Shown here: positions 48,059-55,184 of the stretch, in pieces | Layout: every line of letters starts with the position of its first letter | Numbering within the stretch: the first letter of the stretch is position 1 | Source of the DNA: an uncultured Prolixibacteraceae bacterium | Lineage (GTDB): Bacteria > Bacteroidota > Bacteroidia > Bacteroidales > Prolixibacteraceae | Length of the DNA stretch: 55,184 nucleotides | Direction of reading: 5' to 3' | Assembly (NCBI GenBank): GCA_964472165.1 | Contig: CAYYJE010000002.1 | Coordinates: forward strand, 1 to 55,184 | Position numbers and translations under genes: made by a program | Notes under the pieces: model-generated | What the model was told of the DNA's origin: nothing | Seen by the model: only the letters and a program-made list of their open reading frames with translations | The model's database searches: none

Positions 48059-48090
48059 GTTGATTGGTTGATTGGTTGATTTATTGATAG
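48059..48090. repeat. 8-nt tandem repeat GTTGATTG
   Basis: GTTGATTG GTTGATTG GTTGATTT ATTGATAG. Confidence 0.7.
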
Positions 48091-48404
48091 AACCATTTCT
48101 GATTCTGTTACTAACTGCTTTTGGATTTTCACTCCTCCTTCACTGTAGTCCTTATTTGATTGCAATGCTCTTTCCAGTAATTATTTTTTTGTAAATGGTT
48201 CAAGATGTTTCATTTCGTGCTTTAAGTTATAAGATATGTTTCTGTACCAGCAAAATTGTTTCCCGGGAGAAAAGTTAAAAATCTGAAATCAACGATAAAA
48301 CTCCTCTATTTTTTGAACATGATATGAATTAGCCCGTTATAGTGAGTAAAGAGAACCCGTTTTTGTTTCATTTGAGATTATAGCAAAATTGGGAATGCTG
48401 TTTT

Positions 48405-49691
48405 ATGAGAACAAGAACAAAAATGACTGAACGGAAGAAGGTCATCGTAATTGGCGCAGGTTTTGCCGGTATCCACCTGGTCAGAAGGTTAGATGAAGGA
48501 TTGTTTGATATTCTTCTGATAGATAAACTGAATCATCATCAATTCCAGCCCCTCTTTTATCAGGTCGCCACCTCGCAGATAGAACCGGCCAGTATTACCT
48601 TTCCACTGAGAAATATTTTCAGGAATAAGAGAAATGTTCAGGTCAGGATGGCTGAAGTGATATCTGTCAACAGAAATAAAAACGAGATCATCACCACGAT
48701 CGGTAATTTTAATTACGATTACCTGATCATTGCGACCGGTTGCCGGACAAATTTCTTTGGTAACAGGGACATAGAAAGAAACTCACTGTCGCTGAAAACA
48801 ACATATGATGCCATTTCTATTCGCAATCATGTTCTTCTGACTTATGAATCTTTTATTTCTGCCGGTAATGATGAGAAAGAAAGCCTTTTGAATCTGGTCA
48901 TTGCCGGAGGGGGTCCGACAGGAGTCGAATTGGCAGGCGCTTTTGCAGAAGTCAAAAGGAATATTCTTCCGAAAGATTACCCCGGTATTGACTTCGGCGA
49001 CCTTAATATCATTTTGGTTGAAGGGAGTAAAAGTCTGCTGAGGAACATGAGTGTCGATGCTCAGACCGCTTCCATGAAATACCTCTCAGATACGGGTGTC
49101 ACTCTTCTTTTTGAAACCCTTGTGGTTAAATATGACGGTCATATTGCCGTGTTAAGCAACGGAAAGGAAATTAAAACAAAAACTGTCATATGGGTGGCCG
49201 GCATAATAGGAAACCTGATTGAAGGCTTTCCGGAAACAGCCTTTACCGGCAACGGCAGGATTTATGTAAACCGGATTAACCAGGTAAAAGGATATGACGA
49301 TGTTTTTGCTGTTGGTGATATAGCCTTCATGGAAACACCCCGCTATCCCCGGGGACATCCACAGTTAGCCAATGTGGCAATAACGCAGGCCAAGCGTCTG
49401 GCAGGAAATATGAAAGCCAAAGAGATGACTAAACCTTTGGTTGAATATGAATACAGGGATTGGGGCTCCATGGCAACCATAGGAAATATGAAAGCAGTGG
49501 TTGATTTGCCATTTCTGAAATTCAGGGGATTTATTGCCTGGTTGTTCTGGATGTTCCTTCATCTGATGTTGATATTGAGCGTCAAAAATAAACTGATCAT
49601 TTTTATAAACTGGGCATGGAAATATATGATAGAGGACACCTCGCTGAGGTTGATTCTTACTCAGACAGGGAATAAAAGAGAGACACTTTAA
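48405..49691 (+). CDS. ndh: Type II NADH dehydrogenase (NAD(P)/FAD-dependent oxidoreductase)
   Basis: GAGFAG, FQPLFYQVAT, GGGPTGVELAG, FAVGD, GSMATIG. Confidence 0.92.
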   Translation: MRTRTKMTERKKVIVIGAGFAGIHLVRRLDEGLFDILLIDKLNHHQFQPLFYQVATSQIEPASITFPLRNIFRNKRNVQVRMAEVISVNRNKNEIITTIGNFNYDYLIIATGCRTNFFGNRDIERNSLSLKTTYDAISIRNHVLLTYESFISAGNDEKESLLNLVIAGGGPTGVELAGAFAEVKRNILPKDYPGIDFGDLNIILVEGSKSLLRNMSVDAQTASMKYLSDTGVTLLFETLVVKYDGHIAVLSNGKEIKTKTVIWVAGIIGNLIEGFPETAFTGNGRIYVNRINQVKGYDDVFAVGDIAFMETPRYPRGHPQLANVAITQAKRLAGNMKAKEMTKPLVEYEYRDWGSMATIGNMKAVVDLPFLKFRGFIAWLFWMFLHLMLILSVKNKLIIFINWAWKYMIEDTSLRLILTQTGNKRETL

Positions 49692-49702
49692 ACAAACTGA
49701 AT

Positions 49703-50932
49703 ATGAAAAAACAGATAAAAAGCAATGTATTCTGGGTGGGTAAAAATGACTGGGAATTAAGGCAATTTCATGGCTATGAATATTCCACCCATAAAGGTTC
49801 AACCTACAACTCCTATCTGATCCGGGAAGAAAAGACAGTATTAATTGATACCGTATTTCAACCTTTTTCTTCTGAATTTATCAAAAACCTGACAGAGGAA
49901 ATCGAACTTTCTGATATTGATTTTATCATTGCAAACCATGCCGAACCGGACCATAGCGGGGCATTGCCGGAACTGTTGGAAAGAATTCCTGATACACCGG
50001 TGTACTGCACGGGAAACGGGATAAAATCGCTGAAAGGTCATTATCACAAAGACTGGAACTTTAAAACTGTTAAAACAGGGGAAAGGCTTTCACTTGGAAA
50101 CGGGAAAGAACTGATTTTCATACAGGCACCGATGCTCCATTGGCCCGACAGTATGTTCTGCTACCTTACTAAAGATAATATTCTGTTCAGTAATGACGCT
50201 TTCGGACAGCATTTTTGCACGGAATTGTTATTTAATGATCTGGTAGAGCAAAGTGAGTTGTTTACTGAAGCGATAAAATATTATGCAAATATTCTGACTC
50301 CGTTTAGCCATTTGGTGACTAAAAAGATTGATGAATTTGTGAAACTGAATCTGCCCCTGGATATTGTTTGTCCGAGTCATGGAGTTATCTGGAGGGATAA
50401 TCCCATGCAAATTGTTACAAAATACATGGAATGGGCAAACAGCTATCAGGAAAATCAGATAACGGTCATCTTTGACACCATGTATGGCGGAACCCGTACA
50501 ATAGCCGAAAATATCGTAAGGGGTATCAATCATGCTGACCGTTTCGTCAATGTAAAATTATTCAATGCAGCCACAAACGATAAAAATGACATTATTACGG
50601 AAATCTTCAAATCCAAGGCTGTATTAATAGGATCACCGACCCTGAACAACGGAATTATGTATTCTATATCGGGCTTGTTGGAACTCATTAAAGGCCTGAA
50701 ATTTAAGAACAAAAAAGCAGCGTCATTCGGATGTTTCGGTTGGCATGATTTATCCACCAGAATTATTGAGGGTGTATTAAAGGATTCAGGATTTGAAATC
50801 ATATCCGAACCAGTAAGCTGTAACTGGCAACCTGATGACAATGAAAAAGAGAGAAGTTTTTCATTCGGGGAGCAATTCGTGAAGAAACTTGAAAATTACA
50901 TTTCTGGTCACCCGGGAAATGAGGCCCAATGA
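49703..50932 (+). CDS. fprA: Flavodiiron protein (FprA / NorV-like O2/NO reductase)
   Basis: GSTYNSYL, NHAEPDHSG, LHWPDSM, NDAFGQH, PSHG, flavodoxin TMYGGT. Confidence 0.92.
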   Translation: MKKQIKSNVFWVGKNDWELRQFHGYEYSTHKGSTYNSYLIREEKTVLIDTVFQPFSSEFIKNLTEEIELSDIDFIIANHAEPDHSGALPELLERIPDTPVYCTGNGIKSLKGHYHKDWNFKTVKTGERLSLGNGKELIFIQAPMLHWPDSMFCYLTKDNILFSNDAFGQHFCTELLFNDLVEQSELFTEAIKYYANILTPFSHLVTKKIDEFVKLNLPLDIVCPSHGVIWRDNPMQIVTKYMEWANSYQENQITVIFDTMYGGTRTIAENIVRGINHADRFVNVKLFNAATNDKNDIITEIFKSKAVLIGSPTLNNGIMYSISGLLELIKGLKFKNKKAASFGCFGWHDLSTRIIEGVLKDSGFEIISEPVSCNWQPDDNEKERSFSFGEQFVKKLENYISGHPGNEAQ

Positions 50933-51009
50933 CAGTAACCCTGGTTTACGGGGCAAAGGATGTAGAACACAATGAAGCCATCGTCCTGCTGGACTTTTTT
51001 CTGAGATGA
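50929..51009 (+). pseudogene. C-terminal remnant of DUF488/YeaO-family gene
   Basis: Reads TVTLVYGAKDVEHNEAIVLLDFF, matching the recalled DUF488 C-terminal motif; in-frame stop just upstream. Confidence 0.6.
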
Positions 51010-51261
51010 AATTTCTTTTATAAAGAAGCCATTCCCTTTGGTCCCCCGCGTATCAGTATCTGTTTGTGACAAACTATTGGTCACATTACGGGTGCCCATG
51101 AAGACCCGATAGAGAGTATATTGAATCATGCAGGTCAACCACCCTATAATAATATTCCAACAGGTTCGATATTTTACTAGTTAACAGGGATGATAGTATT
51201 TCGATCTTCAATTAATTTCAACTGTAAGTTTCATTCAGTTTTCAAGGCCCGCAGAACTCGC

Positions 51262-51276
51262 CCCGCCTCAGGCGGG
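51262..51276. repeat. Short GC palindrome (REP-like)
   Basis: CCCGCC-TCA-GGCGGG. Confidence 0.55.
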
Positions 51277-51421
51277 ACTCGTTTCAAAATTCCCCGCTAC
51301 GCTGATATTCAGGTTTATACCTGACTTTTTTTGTCCCTGTTTCGCGGGGTAAGGGACATGAATAAGGATAATACGCCGAAACAATCCTCGTTCTGCGACC
51401 AAACAAACCCCGGATCCAATC

Positions 51422-51547
51422 AAGGGATTAACCGGTTCCATTGACCTGGATTTCAAATGGTCAGACAATATGCAGGGTGACAATGAGCCTCTCGAAAAGT
51501 ACGTCAACGGGGGTGCAACCTCCGGAGGCCTTTTAAAACTCTATCTA
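51422..51547 (+). pseudogene. Probable C-terminal remnant of a larger protein
   Basis: GLTGSIDLDFKWSDNMQGDNEPLEKYVNGGATSGG resembles a recalled FKWxDN...YxNGDxAPxGR C-terminus of Bacteroidota hypothetical proteins. Confidence 0.4.
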
Positions 51548-51638
51548 ATGATTTCACGGTTAAATCCTAAGCAATTTAAAACATTTTGCAACAGAAATTG
51601 TTACTTGATTGAAACAAACATTAAGAAAGGAATCACCA

Positions 51639-52505
51639 ATGAAAATCGGGGAGAAAATCGGTATAACAGGGGCAACAGGTCAATTGGGCCGCCTGACAGT
51701 AGAAAAAATGAAAGAAAAGGTGCCTGCTGAACGTATTATCGCGCTCGTTCGATCACCGCAAAAGGCGGCAGATCTTGGTGTAGAAGCCCGTGAATTTGAT
51801 TACGGCAAAACGAAAGACCTGGCGCATGCCCTTCAAGGAGTAGATCACTTATTGCTGATTTCCAGTAATGAGATCGGACAAAGGGCGGTTCAGCATCTGA
51901 ATATTATTGAGGCGGCCAAAAAAGCCGGAGTAAAATGGATTGTTTACACGAGCCTTCTTCGTGCCGATACTTCCTCTCTCAGTCTTGCCGGGGAACACCT
52001 GGCCACCGAAGCGGCATTAAAAGAATCAGGCATACCATATACGGTACTGCGCAACGGTTGGTACACCGAAAACTATACGGGTTCAGTACAGGTCGCTATT
52101 GCCGGCGGCGCATTCCCAGGGAGTGCCGGGGAGGGTAAAGTTTCTTCCGCGGCCCGGATCGATTTCGCAGAAGCCGCAGTGGCCGTGCTTACGGGAACAA
52201 ACCATGAGGGTAAGGTTTACGAACTGGCCGGCGATGAGGCCTACACACTGACAAAACTGGCAGCTGAGATTTCAAGACAGACCGGTAAGAATATTCCCTA
52301 CAGAAATCTGGCCGAATCTGACTATGCCGCACTTCTGAAGCAATTCGGCCTGCCTGAACTCTATGCCACAGCCATTGCCAGCTGGGATACGTCGGCATCC
52401 AAAGGGGATTTGTTTGACAACGGCCATCAACTTTCAAAGCTGATCGGAAGACCGACCACTTCCCTTTCGGAGGTCGTCAGGAAAACGTTGGCAGAGTTCA
52501 GCTGA
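51639..52505 (+). CDS. NmrA-like atypical SDR quinone oxidoreductase (YtfG/QorB-like)
   Basis: ITGATGQLG, LLISS, VYTS, LRNGWYTEN, YELAGD. Confidence 0.9.
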   Translation: MKIGEKIGITGATGQLGRLTVEKMKEKVPAERIIALVRSPQKAADLGVEAREFDYGKTKDLAHALQGVDHLLLISSNEIGQRAVQHLNIIEAAKKAGVKWIVYTSLLRADTSSLSLAGEHLATEAALKESGIPYTVLRNGWYTENYTGSVQVAIAGGAFPGSAGEGKVSSAARIDFAEAAVAVLTGTNHEGKVYELAGDEAYTLTKLAAEISRQTGKNIPYRNLAESDYAALLKQFGLPELYATAIASWDTSASKGDLFDNGHQLSKLIGRPTTSLSEVVRKTLAEFS

Positions 52506-52627
52506 GAAAATAGAAGGCTCCGATTGAAAGGCAGGTCTTCCGGTGTTTAGCAACGGAAGAATACTTCTTTATATGATAGTAAGAGAAAAACCCGGCAGAC
52601 TACAGAGAATATACCGCGGTCTTTGTC

Positions 52628-53935
52628 TCACTTTTTCCCGGTCAGTTGCTCAACCAGCCATTTCCGGAGCTGCTCCGTCTCTTCGGGGTAGGTCCAGTGT
52701 CCGGTTTCTTCAAAGATTTTCAGGGTTTTGGGAGCCTCGATGACATTATAGGCCGAAAACATGGAGGTGGGCGGACAGGTTACATCGTTATATCCCCAGG
52801 AGTAAAAGCCGGGAACCTTCACCATGCGTGCAAAATTGACCACATCGTAGTATCTGGAAGTTTCAATTTTGTCGGCTTTGGCATGATACGGCTTGTTGTG
52901 TTCGGCAAACATGTGGGGCCATCCTCCCGCTCGCCCGTTCAGGTAGCCGGTAAGGTCACACAAAGCGGGATACAACGCAGCCAGGTATTTCACGCGGGAG
53001 TCGAGTCCTGCCGTTACGATGGAGAGTGCCCCGCCCTGACTTCCGCCGGTGACTGCCAGGGTGGATCCGTCAAATTCGGGAAGGGAATAGATAAAATCGA
53101 CTGCCCTCACACAGCCCAGGTATACGCGTTTGTAATAATAACGGTCGCGGTTGTCGAGATTGAAAAAGGGGTAACCGTCAAGGGCTGTTTTTCCCAGATC
53201 GGCATATACCAATGGATCCAGCGTCACTGGAATTCCGTGGATTCCGATTTCAAAGGAGATAATCCCGTTTTCCGCCATGCCCACATCGCCTGCATAACCC
53301 CTTACACCTGCTCCGGGAACCCTCAGTACCGCCGGATAAGTACCCGGGTTTTTCGGCATGCACAAAATTCCGTACATCCTCTTCCCTATACCAAAATTCT
53401 GGAGGTTTACATGGTACACATTGGCCTTTTCCGTGCAACGGTCAGGAAGCAGGGTAATCCGGGCATCCATTGGGATTTTTGCAGCTTCGGCTTTGGCTTC
53501 GTCCCAGAATTGCCGGAAATCAGCCGGCATTTCGGCTGTCGGCACGATTTTTTCCGGAGCAAAGGCAGCGGTCGACAGGTTTTCATACCGGTAGCCGTCG
53601 ACTGTTGCCGATACCTTGCAGCGAAGGAACCCCGGCTCTTTCAGCGTGCCCCCGTCTATCAGGTACTGGCCGTCGGGAAGTACGACAGATTCAGCTTTCA
53701 CCGGCGCCATCATTTCGGGACCGCATTCGTAGTTGATTTTTACATTGTTGATGGGTACGCTGTTTCTCAGCACCGATACCCGGAACCGTGCTTTTTCCCC
53801 TGGTTTGTATACCCAGTCCGCATGGTCGGGGGCAATCACGATTTTTACCAGTTTTTCAACAGGTTGGGCAAACAGGCAGGTTCCGGCCAAAAGCAGGAAC
53901 AGGAGAAGAAGGATTTTAAACCGGTTCATGGTCAT
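52628..53935 (-). CDS. Acetylxylan esterase (CE7-like), secreted
   Basis: Signal peptide; GGSQGG nucleophile elbow; DVTCPP; ETGH. Confidence 0.88.
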   Translation of the reverse strand: MTMNRFKILLLLFLLLAGTCLFAQPVEKLVKIVIAPDHADWVYKPGEKARFRVSVLRNSVPINNVKINYECGPEMMAPVKAESVVLPDGQYLIDGGTLKEPGFLRCKVSATVDGYRYENLSTAAFAPEKIVPTAEMPADFRQFWDEAKAEAAKIPMDARITLLPDRCTEKANVYHVNLQNFGIGKRMYGILCMPKNPGTYPAVLRVPGAGVRGYAGDVGMAENGIISFEIGIHGIPVTLDPLVYADLGKTALDGYPFFNLDNRDRYYYKRVYLGCVRAVDFIYSLPEFDGSTLAVTGGSQGGALSIVTAGLDSRVKYLAALYPALCDLTGYLNGRAGGWPHMFAEHNKPYHAKADKIETSRYYDVVNFARMVKVPGFYSWGYNDVTCPPTSMFSAYNVIEAPKTLKIFEETGHWTYPEETEQLRKWLVEQLTGKK

Positions 53936-54005
53936 AATAAGTTGATTTTTAGATTAAAACTAGAATTTGATCGCTGATTTTTGTGTGGGTATTTAAAGTG
54001 TAACA

Positions 54006-55184
54006 CTAATCCCGGAACGTGAAATACTTTTCCCGGATGGGGATATTGAGCAGGGCAGTTGCGGCATTGTCGCCGGTGATCTCTTCCTTTTCAGGATCCC
54101 ATTTCAGTGTCGACCCGGTTTTAATGGCCATCAGCCCGAGCTGGCACATGGAGATGGTGCGGTGTGCGGTTTCCAGGGGTTCCAGCGAAGCTTTCCCTGA
54201 TTTGACGGCCAGCAGAAAATCTTCTTTGTCGCTGGGCAAATCCCTGAAATGCAAATCGCCGGGTTTGCCTTCTTCCTCCAGGATGGAGGGTGAGCTTGCC
54301 TTGATGGTTTGGGGATATTCAATCTCTATCCATCCTTCACTTCCTTCAAAACGCACGTAAGGCCGTTCGATTTTGAAGAAGAGTTCCGTGCCGTTGGCAT
54401 ATTGATATTTGATTTCAAACCGGTTAAGCGTATTCCACAATCCTTTGTCGAAATCCCCGCTGCCTTCCACCGAAACCGGTCCGGTATATTCGGTGTTGTT
54501 GCCCCATTGGGCGATTCCCATCAGGTGGGCGCCCCAGTTGGAGATCATGCCGTTGCAGTAGGCATCGACCCTCATCCAGCCGGGTCTTCCGTAAGCCTTA
54601 ACGGCATGGACCCGTTTTTCGGTGTAGGGCGCTTCCCAGGCGGGTCCCAGCCAGAAGTCGTAATTCAGTTCGGGGGGTACCGGCATGGTGGGTTGGGGAG
54701 GCAGCGCTGCACCGTTCAGTTCTGCCGGGACAGCTACGTATATCCGTTCAATTTTCCCGATGCGGCCGTTGCGGACTGCTTCCACGATGCGTGAAAACTC
54801 CGGAAGAGTGCGGAACTCGCTGTCGTTGCGGGTGATGACCCCTGATTTCTGAATGGCTTTCACCAGTTTCCGGCCATGCTCGATGCAGGTGGAGATGGGC
54901 TTTTCAAGGGAGATGTGTTTCCCGGCACGGGCGGCATCAATGGCGGTTGGCACATGCCAGTGATCGGGAAGGGAGATCATTACGGCATCCACATCGCGCG
55001 ACTGCAGCAATTCCCGGTAATCGGTCCAGGCTTTGCAATCCTTATAAGTAATCCCTTTCTGTGCCGAATAGCCTTCGTTGACCTGTCTCACTGCGTTGGC
55101 GAGCCGCCAGCCGTCCACGTCGCATACTCCTGTGAGATGGGCATGCTGCGAGGCGAGCAGTTGGGGAATGTTGGGATTCACCGA
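54006..55184 (-). CDS. Gfo/Idh/MocA family oxidoreductase, 5' truncated by window
   Basis: VCDVD, LPDHWH, EKP, DFWLGPA, WGAHL; frame is open to window end. Confidence 0.9.
   Translation of the reverse strand, partial: SVNPNIPQLLASQHAHLTGVCDVDGWRLANAVRQVNEGYSAQKGITYKDCKAWTDYRELLQSRDVDAVMISLPDHWHVPTAIDAARAGKHISLEKPISTCIEHGRKLVKAIQKSGVITRNDSEFRTLPEFSRIVEAVRNGRIGKIERIYVAVPAELNGAALPPQPTMPVPPELNYDFWLGPAWEAPYTEKRVHAVKAYGRPGWMRVDAYCNGMISNWGAHLMGIAQWGNNTEYTGPVSVEGSGDFDKGLWNTLNRFEIKYQYANGTELFFKIERPYVRFEGSEGWIEIEYPQTIKASSPSILEEEGKPGDLHFRDLPSDKEDFLLAVKSGKASLEPLETAHRTISMCQLGLMAIKTGSTLKWDPEKEEITGDNAATALLNIPIREKYFTFRD

Larger units (their letters stand above)
48012..51300. mobile_element. Putative degenerate tRNA-anchored genomic islet (no integrase)
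   Basis: CCCCGCTAC at tRNA 3' end (48012-48020) recurs at 51292-51300; interior visibly more AT-rich; contains a gene remnant. Confidence 0.45.

Noticed and set aside
47935-48165. 76 aa minus-strand ORF reading through the tRNA, as a possible recombinase tail
   Set aside because: It is composed of the tRNA antisense, terminator and GTTGATTG repeat; no recombinase motif is seen.
48280-48335. OxyR/LysR-like (ATAA-N7-CTAT) or Fnr-like site upstream of ndh-fprA
   Set aside because: Only partial matches in very AT-rich DNA; expected by chance.

Overview
This 55 kb window is chromosomal DNA from a Bacteroidota bacterium, most likely an anaerobic Bacteroidales/Marinilabiliales (Prolixibacteraceae-like) organism. 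The assignment is inferred from TAnnTTTG promoter elements, the asnS-rpoN pair, a gldA-like ABC ATPase, a long-form IspG, alpha2-type GlyRS, and DUF4270/DUF4296/DUF4834-like genes. Most of it is housekeeping: wbpE/wbpD-like sugar genes, glyQS, ctpA, pheS, rnr, ilvE, asnS, rpoN, a PhoPR-like two-component system with a PiT transporter, radA, rfaE2, dusB, ispG and an initiator tRNA-Met. There are three AT-rich accessory inserts: an MNT-HEPN pair inside the sugar operon, a Fic-wHTH gene with a phased TATCCA repeat array upstream, and a ~3.3 kb islet after tRNA-fMet (NDH-2 plus a flavodiiron protein) bounded by a 9 bp repeat of the tRNA 3' end. The least explained signals are non-coding: a probable standalone ~95 nt sRNA with an anti-SD-like core (16953-17050, minus strand), a two-copy composite octamer/heptamer repeat (23157-23279 and 45991-46150), and a long periodic hairpin (9722-9806). 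I found no CRISPR array, integrase, transposase, reverse transcriptase or rRNA. All product calls come from motif recognition by eye, not database searches. I cannot claim a confirmed novel system, only candidates.
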